From Octopus sinensis (taxonomy: Eukaryota): a stretch of 64,000 nt of DNA. Numbering within the stretch: position 1 is the stretch's first letter; each line of letters starts with the position of its first letter. Of the stretch, positions 49,470 through 63,014 are shown piece by piece. The notes below the pieces were generated by a model. It was given only the letters and a program-made list of their open reading frames with translations, was not told where the DNA came from and ran no database searches. The stretch is from NCBI RefSeq assembly GCF_006345805.1, contig NC_042998.1, forward strand, positions 169,322,001-169,386,000. The letters are read 5' to 3'. Made by a program: the position numbers and the translations under genes.

Positions 49470-49860
49470 TGCCAAGGAAGAATGATTTAGTGCGACAGAA
49501 GAGCTACTGGTAGAAGCTAAAAGAACTGACGCTCTACTCACTAAAGAGAAGACGCGAAAGATATGCAGTGATATATATATGGAAGATCAAACGCACAAGT
49601 TTAGGGTTAAAAGCAATTCTAACCACCAAAATAGATGCCACTACATAGCACCAAAGATCCTACTCTCGCCATCTAGAGTAAGGACCTAGTACTGTGATAG
49701 CTTGGATTTCAAGGGCTCACAATTTTTCAACACTCTGCCAAACCACATTGGAGATCTGTAATGTGTAGATGCGTTCAAAGAAAATTTGGACAAACATTTT
49801 ATCTGAAGTATCAGTTCGACCAACACATCGTACCAGGAAACACAAAAAAGAGCAGCTATG
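49470..49860 (+). mobile_element. Decayed CR1-like LINE 3' fragment
   Basis: SYW-KLKELTLYSLKRRRERYAVIYIWKI ... FKGSQFFNTLPNHI ... FKENLDK. Confidence 0.65.
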
Positions 49861-50109
49861 CCCAACTTGCTAATTCACCAGAAAAAGTTCCGAAGAGAGG
49901 CTGGGAAGTGAGTGAGAAATAAAAACCAATCCCAGTAAAGGAAGTTACAGAGATCCCAGTTACAGACATGCAAACTGACTAACGATAGTTGTCAAGCAGT
50001 GAAGGAACAAGCACACACAGGGCTTCCTTCAGCTTCCATCCACCAAATTCACTCATAGGGCATTGATCAATCCGGAGTTATAATAAGACATGCCCAAGGT
50101 GCCGCTCAG

Positions 50110-50240
50110 AAGGACTCTTTTTATCATACGTTTTGTTTTTTTTTGTTTGTTTTTTTGTTTGTTTGTTTTTTTGCGTTTTATGTCCCCAATGTTTTGTTTG
50201 TTTCTTATCTTTGTCAGCCTGTCCTGGGTAATAAAGAAAT
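50110..50240 (+). mobile_element. Orphan Tx1-type 3' end
   Basis: T-rich tract, TGTCCCCAATGTTTTG motif and terminal GGGTAATAAAGAAAT, as in the ORF1-only elements. Confidence 0.7.
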
Positions 50241-50873
50241 TAGAATATAAACAGACACTACCGAATGTGCAACGCGCACACAGACACAAAACATGTCCGG
50301 TTCTACCTCATCTTATCGACAGAGTATTTACCCTGTCAATTTCTTCTTCTCCAGCTCGAAGTAAGTTGGTAATGTGATGTAGTGAAATAAATTATTCAAA
50401 CTACAATCCGATGTTTTCCCACTGTTTTACTTTGACGTCGTCCACATGCCTATTTCATCTGCTACCTCAACATCTTTTGCTACACCTTTCCCACTACAAG
50501 TATCATTCCAAACTTCCTTTAGCTGGTCTAAGTTTGTTTTTGTTTTTTTTTTCTCCACGGAGAAACGAAGGTGTACAATGATTGTGTACGTACTTCACCC
50601 AAAAATTCAAAAAGAGATACGTGCCATAAAGTTGCTACTTAAAATAAGGTGTCTTCAGCATCCAGTATATTATCCAAGGTTTTTTCACAAACGTTTAACT
50701 CAAAATTAGACGAGAGAGAAAAGTAATTTCTACGTTCTTACACAGAAAAATAGTTTCGTTTGGCTTAAACGCTAAAATGTGACGGTAAATATTTCTCAGA
50801 GTTATGTCCCTTGAAATAGAAATATTTTTCTATGTTTAGTGTTTTTATCTCCCTTTGTAGGATACTTCATATA

Positions 50874-51109
50874 TATTTCTTTACTACCCACAAGGGGCTG
50901 AACATAGAGGGGACAAACAAGGACAGACAAAGGGATTAAGTCGATAACATCGACCCCAGTGCGTAACTGGTACTTAATTTATCGACCCCGAAAGGATGAA
51001 AGACAAAGTCGACCTTGGCGGAATTTGAACCCAGAACGTAACGGCAGACGAAATACCGCTAAGCATTTCGCCCAGCGTGTTAACGTTTCTGCCAGCTCGC
51101 CGCATTAGA
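50874..51109 (-). mobile_element. SINE family A, Tx1-type tail
   Basis: Full copy. 12-bp TSD ATACTTCATATA at 50862-73 and 51110-21. Confidence 0.93.
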
Positions 51110-51223
51110 ATACTTCATATAATCTAACCATGCAGCACGAAGTTTTGTCAGTGAACAGGTCGCGGTCTCAAAGCGACGAAAATATTTTGACAAATTAAAT
51201 TTAAATGTTGAAGTGAATCGAAC

Positions 51224-54200
51224 GGTCGTGTTTTTTTTGCGTTTATTGTAAGTTGATATATTTTTGCTATCGTATTATTATCTGTTATTCTCTACTGTTT
51301 GTCTACCTGTTTTGTATATTGCTGTCTAACTGTCGAAGTCAGCCTTCGCGCGAGGACTTCGCGTTGGTGTTCCCCCCTCCGTGAGGGAAAAATATCAATT
51401 ATCTTGAAGTTACCAAGGGCTTGTGAAGCCAACTGTTCAAGATGGAGTCCCCCTTCTCTGATTCTCCCGTGACGAGTGAAGAGGAGTATCCGGCGATGTC
51501 GCCAAGGAAAAAAGAGGCGGTGTCGCCAAAGAAAAAAGAGGCGACGTCACCAAAGAAAAAGGAAAACCCAGCACCAGCACCAGCTCCAGCGAAAAAATTC
51601 TCTGAAGTGACCGGTAAAAAGATTTAAAAAATAAATGTAGAAGATTTGGAAAAATATGCGGACTGTGTAAAAAAAGAGGGCACGGAAGTGACAGTGGTCA
51701 CAAACGTCCAAAAACACGATGAAATAGAAAAAAAAAGAATTTATAAGACATTCAACACGACGACAAAAATGATCCAAAAAATTGAAGAAAAAACTGTCTT
51801 AAACCATTAATGGACAAAATAACTTACATTAACAGAGGAAAGAGATACGGCACAGTGGAGGTGCGTTTCACTACAGAGGAGATAGCGAAAAAACTATCTA
51901 TGGAGCCGATTAAAGCGGAGAACATTGTTCTCCTCTCCTTGTATAGAGGGAAAAGAACATCGAGAATTACGATGAACAACATTCCCCCAGAGGCAGATGC
52001 CGAATGTCTGGTGGCAGCAGTGATGGTAGGCCTGGAGGAAAAAATAAACATCCTCCAGGCCACAGTGGAGGAAGAGGAATTTTGGAAAGGACAGAAAATA
52101 GTAATAGCCATTCAGGCGGAAGTTCAAACACTGGAGGAAATTCCAGAAACTTTAAAAATAAGTGAGGAAGAGAGAATAACAGTTTTCGTGGAGGGCAGAA
52201 AGCCGAGGTGCTTCGGCTGCGGCAAGAAGGGTCATGTAAGGGCGGAATGCCAACCCCAACCCAAACCGCAGGAAGCACCTCAGCCAGGTGAAAAAGAAGA
52301 TAAAGTGTCACCAGAAGCAGCGCCGGGCGGCCCAGAAGGGACGACTGAAGGTGTGGAGGTGAAAAAGGCAGCAGAACCAGCGGCGGAGGAAAATAAGAGC
52401 GAGGAAAAGAAAAATGAGGAGGGGTGGGCAAAAATCACCAGAAAAAAAAAGAAAAACGGAAACCACCCCTCCCAGAGTGAACTTAAAAAAGAAAAGAGAG
52501 TCAATGAACTCGTATATGGCCGTTAAGGCATCAAATAACAGACTTGGGAACGTATTGGCAGCTATGGCCAAAGTGGAGAGAATAGGGAAAATGAACAACT
52601 ATGTAGTTTACAGAATAGGCCGGAAGGATTACGGGCGGATAAAATCCGAATTCTTCCATGACGTAGGCCCACTTAGAATGGATGTGACATCTCCACATAT
52701 ATTCGAGGGCCTACGTCAGACTCCCCCACGAGGCCCTGAAAAAGAGTTAAACAAAGAAGAGAAAGAGAAAACCGAACCACTGATATAAAGGTAAGTAATG
52801 GATTACATTTATGTTGCTTGTTTGAATGTGCGCGGCCTGGGAGCAGGCTGGAAGCAAGGTCGCTTCCTGCATGATATCAGGTCGCGTAATTTAGATGTTA
52901 TTGTTGCTACAGAAACCCGGTTAGAGGGGTCAAGAGGTCTACTCCCGCTGTTTGACGGCTACGAGAGTTTTTTCTCTCCTGGCAGTCCTACTGGCGGAAG
53001 TGGGGTGTTGGTCCTAATAAAAAGAAACCGGGTTTCTGAGAAAAAGTTAATTTTTGCAGATCCAAAAGGTAGGCTGGTCGTCATGGATTTGACGTTCAGT
53101 AACGGTAAAGTTACCAGACTGGTTGCAATTTACGCACCCAACCATACAGGGCAAAGTGATTATTTTCGTGAACTAGAAAACTTTCTTAGTACTTCGCATT
53201 CATTAGTTGTGCTAGGAGACTTTAACACAATTTGCAAAGCGGATGTAGATTGTGTTGGCTCGCGTTCAGATAGAAAAGGTAACAGTGGCTTCATGGAACT
53301 GCTAAGCCGCTTTGAGCTAGCAGATCCTTATAGGCTGGAATTTCCGAACGCTCCATTGTGGACATGGTCAAACAGCGACGGATCTTCCAGGTCATATTTA
53401 GATAGAATACTAATTAGAAAAGTAGACAGAAAAATAGCTAAGTGTCCACAGTTTTACCCGATCAGCTACAGTGATCATAAAATGGTCACCTGTAAGCTTG
53501 ACATAGATAAGGTTAAAAATAGAGGATCCGGTTACTGGAAACTTAATACGTCCCTTTTGGCGATTAAGGAGTACAAAGACCGGATTAGGGATATAATTCA
53601 GAGGGCACTATCTGGTACCATCATTAATAACAAATGGTGGTACGCCCTCAAACGAGCCATCAAGTTCGAGTCAATTAGATATAGCATAGGAGTAGTGGCT
53701 AGAGAGGCTAGGAGGGAAACTACTCTAGTTAAGGAATTAGAGGAAGCCTTGAAAACTGGCTCTGCGGCTCAGGTGGCGTCCAAGAGACTGGTGTTAAACC
53801 AGCACCTCGAGGCCAAACACATGGGCTGCATTGTCAGGGCTAGGATCCGCCATATGGGATGTGAAGGAATCAACGCCGTGAGATGGGCCCGAGTGGTGGA
53901 AGCCAAGCGTGGTAACGATGCCACGATTCGATCTTTGACGAACCAACAAGGTGAGTTGATAAACGAACCCGAGGAGATGTGTGAGGCCTTTCAGGAGCAC
54001 TTCGCTCAGCTTTTCGGTGAGTGCGGCGGACTGGATAGCAGGAGTAGTGACACTCGTCAGAAAGGACCCGAGCAAGGGGGAGTGCATTGATAATTTCAGG
54101 CCCATCACTCTGCTAAACACAGAGTTGAAGATTTTGGCCAAAGTGTTATCGAAAAGATTGGCGCGTGTCGCGGATGGTCTGATCGGGGAGGCACAGACAT

Positions 54201-56175
54201 GTGCCGTTCCGGGCAGAACCATTCAGGATAATCTCCATCTAATGCAGTACACTATAGAGGGGTTTAATAATGATTCTGGCAAGGGTGGGGCTCTGGTCCA
54301 TTTAGACCAATCTAAAGCATTTGATAGGGTCGACCATCGTTACCTGGTATCTGCTCTGGCACAGTTCGGGCTGAGCCTTGGCTTCCTCAGGTGAATTATC
54401 CAAATTTATGATAACATCGACTCGGTAGTTCGGGTGAACGGCTTCTTGTCGAAGCCGTTCAAAATCAAACGCTCGGTTCGTCAAGGGTGTCCGCTCTCCC
54501 CGCTTTTGTACGTGATGGCTCTTGAGCCACTACTGCGAAAACTGAGCGGCATCCCGAGACAGCCAGGTAATGGAAAATCGGTGTCAGCGTACGCGGATGA
54601 CATCACCATCATCGTAACCGAAATGGACCACCTATGTAAAGTAGGCAAGGCCATAGAGGTTTACGAGACGGTGACAGGAGCAAAAGTTAATCGCGAAAAG
54701 TCAGTCGGCTTGCAACTCGGCACCTGGAGAGGCAAGTCGATGCCTCCTGACAGCGTCGTGGGACGTTGGACGGAGGGTCCGATTAAATTGCTAGGGGTCT
54801 GGTTCGGTCCAGACCTCCAAATAGAGAAGAATTGGGGCGAGGTAACGAGCAAGGTGGCTGCAATAGCCAAGACCTGGTCTTGGCGGTGGCTATCCCTGAA
54901 AGGGAGGGCGGAGGTGGCTAATGTGTTTATCGCATCGGTTATCACCTACCGCCTTTCCGTCGTTCCTTGCCCTGATTCGTGGTTGATCAAGTTGGAAAGA
55001 CAGCTCTTCTACTTCTTGTGGAAGGGCGGGAACCACTTGTGAAACGCTCTACTTGCTGTCAACAACCGGTTAAAGGGTGGGCTAGGGATGCCTTGGCTGA
55101 TGATGCGCAGACATGCGCTGAGGTTAAGACATCTGTGGCTCTATCTGGATGGTGAACGGGTGTGGTCTCCGCTAGCAAAACTGATGTTTCCCAAGTTCAC
55201 TAGTTTCGGTGGATGGGAAACCTGGCTGAATCGTAGATCGAAACTTGGTACTTGGAGTGCCGCAAGGCTCTCCTGCTATTCCGTCGCTCGGGTAACGCCT
55301 GCGGTGGGGGTTCCACCACATTCTTCTATAGAGGGTTGGTAGAGGCGGAATGTGAAGATACCTTGGGGGAAACCCTAGGTCTCGACGATAATCAGCTGGC
55401 CAGTGTTCCGACGTACGTTCAAGCCGAAGACACTGGACAACTTCCAGAAGTCTCTGGCATGGCAATGCTACAGAGGAGCTCTACCTGTTCGGGATAAACT
55501 CGCAAGGCACGGTGGCCGAGACAGTCCGATATGTCCAAGATGCGGGCGGGATAGGGAAACCGTCCCGCACGCTATTGTTCATTGTCCGGACGTGTCTGAG
55601 GTGTGGGTTTATGCCGAACAGCTGTTGTCAAGTACACGAAGAGTACAGCTGTCGACTGAGTCGATTACAAAAATTGACCCACCGGATTTCCTCGCGAATG
55701 AAGGTAAGTTTCGTTTTCTCGTAGTAGCAATTGCGAAAGAGGTGATATGGAAGACGAGAATGAAAGGTCATACAGTCAGCAAGTTCATCTCCGGCCCTGG
55801 TTTGATGAATTATTTCATCTTTCACCTGAAAAGGAAGATAGGGCTGGAGAGAATATGCCTGACTAAGAGAGTGTATGAAGAACGATGGAAAGATGTAGCA
55901 CGAAAGTTGCGAGTGAATGATACAACATAAATGTAAAACCAAACGAAACCAAAAGTATCAGTGGGGAGGCGGGGCTCGTGGGGTCAGAGCTAAACCCGCA
56001 CCCACTCCACCCGTAATGTCTTCCGGTCTGTTCCAACATTCGATTTCTTGCTATTTTTGTAAATTTCTGTAAATTTTTAAAATTCGCTTTTTTGTAAAAC
56101 CCATTCGTGTGTCTGACCCCATCATCAGATTGTATTGTCCCATCTATGTGGCCCCTAGTGGGTAATAAAGAAATA
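51224..56175 (+). mobile_element. Tx1-clade element 5 (near full length; 5' boundary uncertain)
   Basis: ORF1 51442-52788 (CFGCGKKGHVRAEC). ORF2 52798-55930 with frameshifts and a ~250-bp deletion near 54040. Tail GCCCCTAGTGGGTAATAAAGAAAT. Confidence 0.92.
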
Positions 56176-57830
56176 GGTCGTGTTTTTTCGGCTCGTAGAA
56201 TTCGGCAAAAAAGAACAAAAAGTATTGTTGTTGTTGTGGAGTTTTGAACTTCGGTTGGTGCGGTTTCGCGTCGCGCTGGTTCTGCGCGTCGCACTGTTTC
56301 TGTTCGGGCGGCCGTTTTTCGGTCTGAGGCGATTATGAGCCGCCTCTCCCATACGGATGAGATGGCCGGAAGGAATTTATCTGAAAGTTCGTCGGAAATA
56401 TCGACATCTGAGGAGGAGTTGGAGAGAACGGTGGAAAAGATGGAAAGTACCTACGCAGGAATAACGAGGAAGTCGATAGAAAAAGAGGTGGACCTGGCTA
56501 AGTTGCCGGGCTTCCAGGAGTTTATGAAGGAGGAGGAGAACGGAGAGGTCGAGCTGTCGCCTCCAGCAGGGCGCGGCGAGTGGTTCAATCGTAGAACCAT
56601 CAAATATAGAGTATATATGAATGGAGGAAAAAAATGGAAATAATTAATATGGAAGCCATTGAAGAAACAGACTGGAGAGGAAATAGTTTACCTGACAAGA
56701 GAATTGGAGTACGGAACGGTAACAGTACAATATAGAAGCGAGAACGTTGCCAGGAATATAGCAGCCAAGGTGGTGAGAACGGAAAAAATATACTTGCTAC
56801 CCTCGTATTTAAATAGAAGGACCACAAGAATTAGGGTGGAGGGAATACCTCCACACCTAGAGGGTGAATATATAACGGCTGCGGTGATCAAGGGAGACGA
56901 AGATAAAGTGGACATCCTCCACGCCACTATGAAATACGAAGGCGTGAGAGGTGCCACATTAGACATGAACATACAGACGGAGGCGGAAATAATAGAAAGG
57001 CTGACGGATACTATAAGAACTGGGAACATTATTATGAGAGTGTGGGTGGAGGGTAGGGCGCCCAGGTGCTATAAGTGTGGCCTGAGGTGTCACATAAGAG
57101 CCTACTGCCCTCCCCCACCAAAGGAAAAGGAAGTCGTCACGGAGCCCCAAATGAAGGAAGATACCAAAGAAAAGGAGAACCTAACAGAAAGGGAAGCAAC
57201 TGAAGAGGAGAATATCCAGCAAGAGTGGGAAGAAAGGAAAAAATAGAGAAAAAGAAGGAAAAAAGAAAACAGTGCGAAGCCCCAACCCACCCCAACACCA
57301 CCCACACCCTTGGAGTCCCATCCTTCCCCTGCAAACAGCGATTCCACCCGCTCCCCGCCTACAAGAAAAACAAAAACAGACGCACAGAACAAACAAAGGC
57401 CCAAGACCTACTTTTTATGTGTTGTGAGGAGGGGGGACACCGAGAACTCAAAAAGGATTTTTCATAATGACGTATGGCAAGAGCATGAAGACGGTAGTTA
57501 CGCGGTGTTTGAAGATGAACTTATGGACTCATTGGTGAACAAGTGTAACGAAGTGCGTATAAAATGGATGACAGCGCCAATGAAGGATGAAATGATAGAG
57601 AGGTATGAAAGAGAAACGAAGAGTGTGATAAAAAAGTTTGGAATTGTAATGGGAAATGGGTGATAAAGGACAGGTAAGTGATGCTGGCGGATGGGGCCGT
57701 TAGCATTGCTTTCATATTATCATTTTTTCATTTTATAATTCATTTGCTCATAATTTTAATCATATTGTTCTATGTCCCCAATGTTTTGTTATGTCCCCTC
57801 TTCGTCGCCCCTGGTGGGTAATAAAGAAAT
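56176..57830 (+). mobile_element. ORF1-only element 6 (diverged relative of elements 2/3)
   Basis: ORF1 56335-57663 (frameshifted) is colinear with the 441-aa protein from MSRL to IVMGNG. Same 3'UTR hairpin and tail. No ORF2. Confidence 0.92.
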
Positions 57831-60800
57831 AGTGTGTTTCTTAAATGATTCCTTGTCGCAGTCGTGTTTTTTTCGGCTCGTGAAAATTTTGTCAGTGTGT
57901 TCTATTACCAGCTGTTAATTGTGAAAAAAAAAAAAAAAAAAAAATTGTTTTTGAATTTGTTAGTCGAATTTTATTTGACTAATATTAGTGAAGCCGCTGA
58001 GGAGGGGTACCAATAATGGCCAGCCCGAAGGCGGACAGAACGGAGGACCAAACCCAGAGTCCAGAGATGTCCAGCCTAGAAAGAATAACAGCTATACCCG
58101 GCTTTTCCTCGGACGAAGAGGAAAGTAGGGGAACCAGAAATGCGGTACGAAGGAATATAGATGTGCCAAGCGTGGCAAGGAAAACGTTAAACTTCGCCGA
58201 AGCGGCTAGCCCAAAAGGAAGAAAAATAGATCTGACCAAACTAGAAGAAGCGAAAAAACAGTATCCAGAAGCGGGTATGAAATTAAACTACATCAGACAC
58301 AAGAATCTCGCAAAGAGATAGAGAGAAAGACGATAGTGTACAAAACATACAGAAATAAGGAAAGGAAGATAGACTTTTCTTCAGAAAAGGAAGTGGAGGC
58401 TTGCATACAACCCATCTGGGAAAAAATCATATTTTTAACCAGGGGTAAAAGATATGGTACGGTGGAAACCAGGTTTAGAACAGAGGAAGAAGCAAGGGAG
58501 CAGTCCATGATTCCCCTGAGAACAGAGGCAATTACCCTTCTCCCTATTTACAGAGGGAGGCGCGTCTCGAGAATAACAATAGCTAACATCCCGCCAGAGG
58601 TTGAGCCCGAACTAATAGTGGCTGGAGTCACTGCAGGGCTGGAGGAAAAAATAGAAATTCGAGATGCCACTGTGGAAGATGCCAAAAAGTGGCAGGGACA
58701 GAAGGTGAGGATCATTATACAGGCCGAGCCAGACGTCTTGGAAGAAATAGGTGGGGTTATCGAGATCGGAGAAAGCCGGATGGCCGTAATGGTGGAGGGC
58801 CGGAAGCCCAGGTGTTTCACCTGTGGCAAAAAGGGCCACATCAAGAAAGACTGCAAGCCGGCAGAGAAGGAGAAGAGTGAGCCCATAAAGCCAAGTTCTC
58901 AAGTGGCGGCAACAGAGACAACACCTGCACCAGAAGTAGGGGAGGGGTGGTCACAAGTTGCTGCTACAAAACGGAAACATAATAACCCACCCACCCACAC
59001 CACCCCGGAGAAGACCATAAGCAAAGAGAAGAGAGAGGTGAAGAAAGCGAAGAAGCCGGAGAAGGAAAACAAGATATATGTTGCGATGAACACCGCAAAC
59101 AGAGAAGTGATGCGCAGAGTGGAGACATAACACATCGAGGAGATGGAGACGGAAGAGAGATGTGGAGATTGGAGATGCTACGTGATGGGACAGAGAGGGT
59201 TCAACACGTTAGCGAACGATTTCAGAAAAGATGTAGGCCCATCCAGAATGAGCAAGGAAGATGCCCTGAAGGATGTGGAAAGGAGGCGCAGCAGCACGCC
59301 GATTCCACGGACCCTGGAGGCAGAAGAGACGGATTCGCCCCGTCTGCCGGACCCAGACGAAACAAGGTAAGCAAACTATGGCTGTTTACGTTGGTTGTAT
59401 AAATGTGCGCGGCCTGACAGCGAACTGGAAACAAGATCGTTTACTAAACGATGTCAGGTCGCAGAATTTAAATGTAATTGTAGCTACTGAGACGCGAATC
59501 GAAGGGCCAAGAGATCTACTCCCGCTCATGGACGGCTACGAGAAATTTATTTCTCCTGGACGGCGGGTGGGCGGGAGTGGGTCCTGCTTAAAAAAGATAG
59601 TGTCTCAGAGAAAAAGTTGATTTTTTCTGATTCAGAAGGTAGGCTGGTCGTCTTAGATCTGACGTTCAGTTGTGGTAAAGAAATCAGGCTGGTAGCAGTA
59701 TACGCACCTAATTCGAGTCAGACTGATTTTTATCGAGACCTGGAGAAGTTTCTTGGCACGTCAAAATCCATAGTCATGCTAGGGGACTTTAACGCCATAG
59801 TCGATGCGCGCGTCGATGGCGTTGGCTCAAAAGATAGAAAACCAAACAGTGGCTTCCGGGATCTACTGAGTCGCTTTCAGCTGGTAGATCCCTACAGACT
59901 TGAATTCCCGAACGCTCCACAGTGGACGTGGTTAAGTGGCGACGGGTCTGTCAGGTCCTACATAGACAGAATTTTTATTAGAAAAATAGATAAAGGATTA
60001 GTTAAGTGTCCACAGTTTCACCTGGTCAGTTACAGCGATGGTCACTGGCGAACTGAACCTAGATAAGTTAGGTAGTATGGGATTCGGCTACTGGAAACTC
60101 AATAAGCCCCTTCTGGCTATTGAGGAGTTCAGAAACCGGATCGAGTTATTAGTGAAGGGGCGTTAACCGGTTCCATTATTAACAACAAATGGTGGTACGC
60201 CCTCAAAAGAGCCATCAAGTACGAGTCCGTTAGATACAGCATAGGTCTAGTAACTAGTGGGCGTAGGAAAGAGATGGGGCTAGTTAAGGCCTTAGAGGAA
60301 GCCATGAGATCTGGCGATGGAGCCCAGGTTAGGCTGAAGAGACTTGAGTTAAACCAGCACCTCGAAGCCAAACATATGGGTTGTATCGTCAGAGCTAGAA
60401 TTCGCGCAATGGGGTGCGAGGGTATTAAGGCTACCGGATGGGCACGAGTTGTGGAGGCTCAACGTGGAAACGATTCCACAATTAAGTCTGTGACGAACGG
60501 GCAAGGCGATGTGATCACCGAACCAGAGGAGATGTGTCGGACGTTTCAGGAGCACTTCACTCGGCTTTTTGGGGGCGACGGCGGACCGGAGGAGAGGGTG
60601 GACCTAACGGACATCCTCGCCGGGTTGCCGCGCCTCTCGGGGTAGGACGCGGAGAGCTGTGAAGCGTCGATCTCGCCTGAGGAGATAGCTGAGGTCTTGG
60701 TCGACTGCGGTGAAGGTAAGGCGCCGGGGATTGATGGTTTACCTTACGAGCTATATAAAAGAATGCCAGACTTGTTCGGGAACGTGCTGGCCGGCGTCTT

Positions 60801-63014
60801 CGCGAACTGGCGGCAGAATGGGTTCATTCCCAGATCTGTACGTCGGGGAGTGGTGACGCTGATCAGAAAGAAGCCGAGCAAGGGGGACAACATAGACAAC
60901 TTTCGGCCCATCACTCTGCTAAACACAGATGAAGATTTTGGCCAAGGTGCTAGCGAAAAGGTTGACGCGTGTCGCGGGTGGTCTGATCGGGGAGGCACAA
61001 ACTTGTGCGGTCCCTGGAAGAACCATCCAGGACAATCTTCACCTAGTACGCTACACAATAGAGAGGTTTGGGAATGAATCTGGCAAAGGTGGGGCACTGG
61101 TCCATTTAGACCAGAGTAAAGCGTTTGATAGGGTGAACCATCGGTACCTGGTGTCCGTGCTGGCGCAGTTTGGTCTGGGTGTTGGCTTCCTCAGGTGGAT
61201 CATACAATTGTACGATAACATCGACTCGATCGTTCGGGTGAATGGCTTCCTTTCGAAGCCGTTCCGCATCAGACAGTCTGTTCGTCAAGGGTGTCCGCTC
61301 TCCCCGATTTTGTATGTGATGGCTCTCGAGCCATTGCTGCGAAAGCTGAGCGCCATCACGATGAATCCTGGAGGTGGAGGATCTGTAACATCGTATGCGG
61401 ACGACATCACCATCATCGTGACCGAAGTGGAACTCCTACGTAATGTGGGAGATGCCATCAAGGCTTACGAGACGGCGACAGGAGCAAAGATTAACCGGGG
61501 AAAATCGGTCGGCTTGCAACTCGGCACCTGGAGGGGCAAGTCGATGCCTTCGAATAGCATCGTGGGATGCTGGACGGAGGGCCCGGTTAAGCTGCTAGGG
61601 ATCTGGTTTGGTCCAGATCTCCAGATAGAAAAAAACTGGTCTAAGGTGACGGGCAAGGTGGCTCACGCGGTCAGGACTTGGTCCGGACGGTGGCTATCCT
61701 TGAAAGGGAGGGCGGAGGTGGCCAATGTGTTTTTAGCATCGGTCATCACCTACCGCCTGACCGTCGTCCCTTGTCCGGATTCGTGGTTAAGCAAGTTGGA
61801 GAGGCAGATCTTCCACTTTTTGTGGAAGGGAAGCACTCCTCTTGTAAGACATTCTATTTGCTGTCAGAAACCGTTAAAGGGTGACTTAGGGATGCCTTGG
61901 CTGATGATGCGCAGAGATGCGCTGAGGTTAAGGCATCTTTGGCTCTACCTGGATGGTGAATGGGTGTGGTCCCCGCTTGCGAGGCAGATGTTCCCCAGCT
62001 TTGTCAGTTTCGGTGGCAGAGAAACCTGGTATCGTCGTAGACTTAGATCGAGCATGTGGTATTCGGAGTGCCATAAGGCTCTCTGCCACTTCCGCAAGTC
62101 GGGCAATGCCGGCGGCTTTGGTACCACCGCAGCTTTCTATAGCAGGTTGGTAGAGGAAATGACGATGCCTTAGGAAGGACATTGGGCCTCGATCGAAATC
62201 AGTTAGACAGCCTGTTCCGAAGGACGTTCGGCCGAAGACATTGGATAACTTCCAGAGGTCTTTGACCTGGCAATGTCTCAGAGGAGCTTCACCCGTTCGG
62301 GATAAACTCACAAGGCATGGCTGGAGTGGACCATCGAACTGCCCAAGATGCGAGCGGGATCTGGAAACAGTCTCGCACGCTATTGTTCAGTGTCCGGAAG
62401 TTTCGGACGTGTGGGTATATGCGGAACACCTGTTGTCAGACGGAAGAAGAGTACAGCTATCGGCTGAGACAATTATAAAAATTGACTCGCCTAGCTTTTT
62501 GACAAGTGAAGGTAAGCATTGCTTTCTCAGTACAGTAGCAGTAGCGAAAGAGTGTATATGGAAGACTAGAATGAAAGCGGTAAAGACAGGCACCATGATC
62601 TCTGGCTCCCGCTTGGTGACCTTTTTCGGGTTCCACCTAAAAAGAAAGGTGGAGTTAGAGAAAAGGTGTCTGTCTGCGTGTGAGTTTGACAAAATATGGA
62701 AACGTGTGGCACGATTGCTGCGAGTGAAAGGGGCCACGTGAACACGCTGTAAGTTGGCTGCCGAGTTTCGGTGGGAAAAACAGGGCTCGTGGGGTCGGCA
62801 AATCCTGGTGTTCCCACTTCATGTGTTCTTTTTATGTCGTGCTGTTTAAAAAAAAAAAAAAAAAATTGTGTATCATTCGATTTCTTCAATTTTTGTTATT
62901 TCATGTAAAAATTCTTAAAGTTCATTTATATGTAAATTTCATCTGTGTTTCATGACCCCAAATCATGATGTGTTGTCCCCCTCTTCGTTGGCCCTTTGTG
63001 AGTAATAAAGAAAT
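57831..63014 (+). mobile_element. Tx1-clade element 7 (full length, 5.2 kb, frameshifted)
   Basis: ORF1 58017-59370 (CFTCGKKGHIKKDC), ORF2 59378-62741 (GDFN, YIDRIF, QGCPLSP, YADD, CPRCERDLETVSHAIVQC), tail GCCCTTTGTGAGTAATAAAGAAAT. Confidence 0.92.

Noticed and set aside
56122-56128. Minus-strand CTGATGA in the element 5 3'UTR, and CTGATGA hits inside ORF2 (about 47925, 55095, 61902)
   Set aside because: No hammerhead stems. The ORF2 hits are LM/MM codons.
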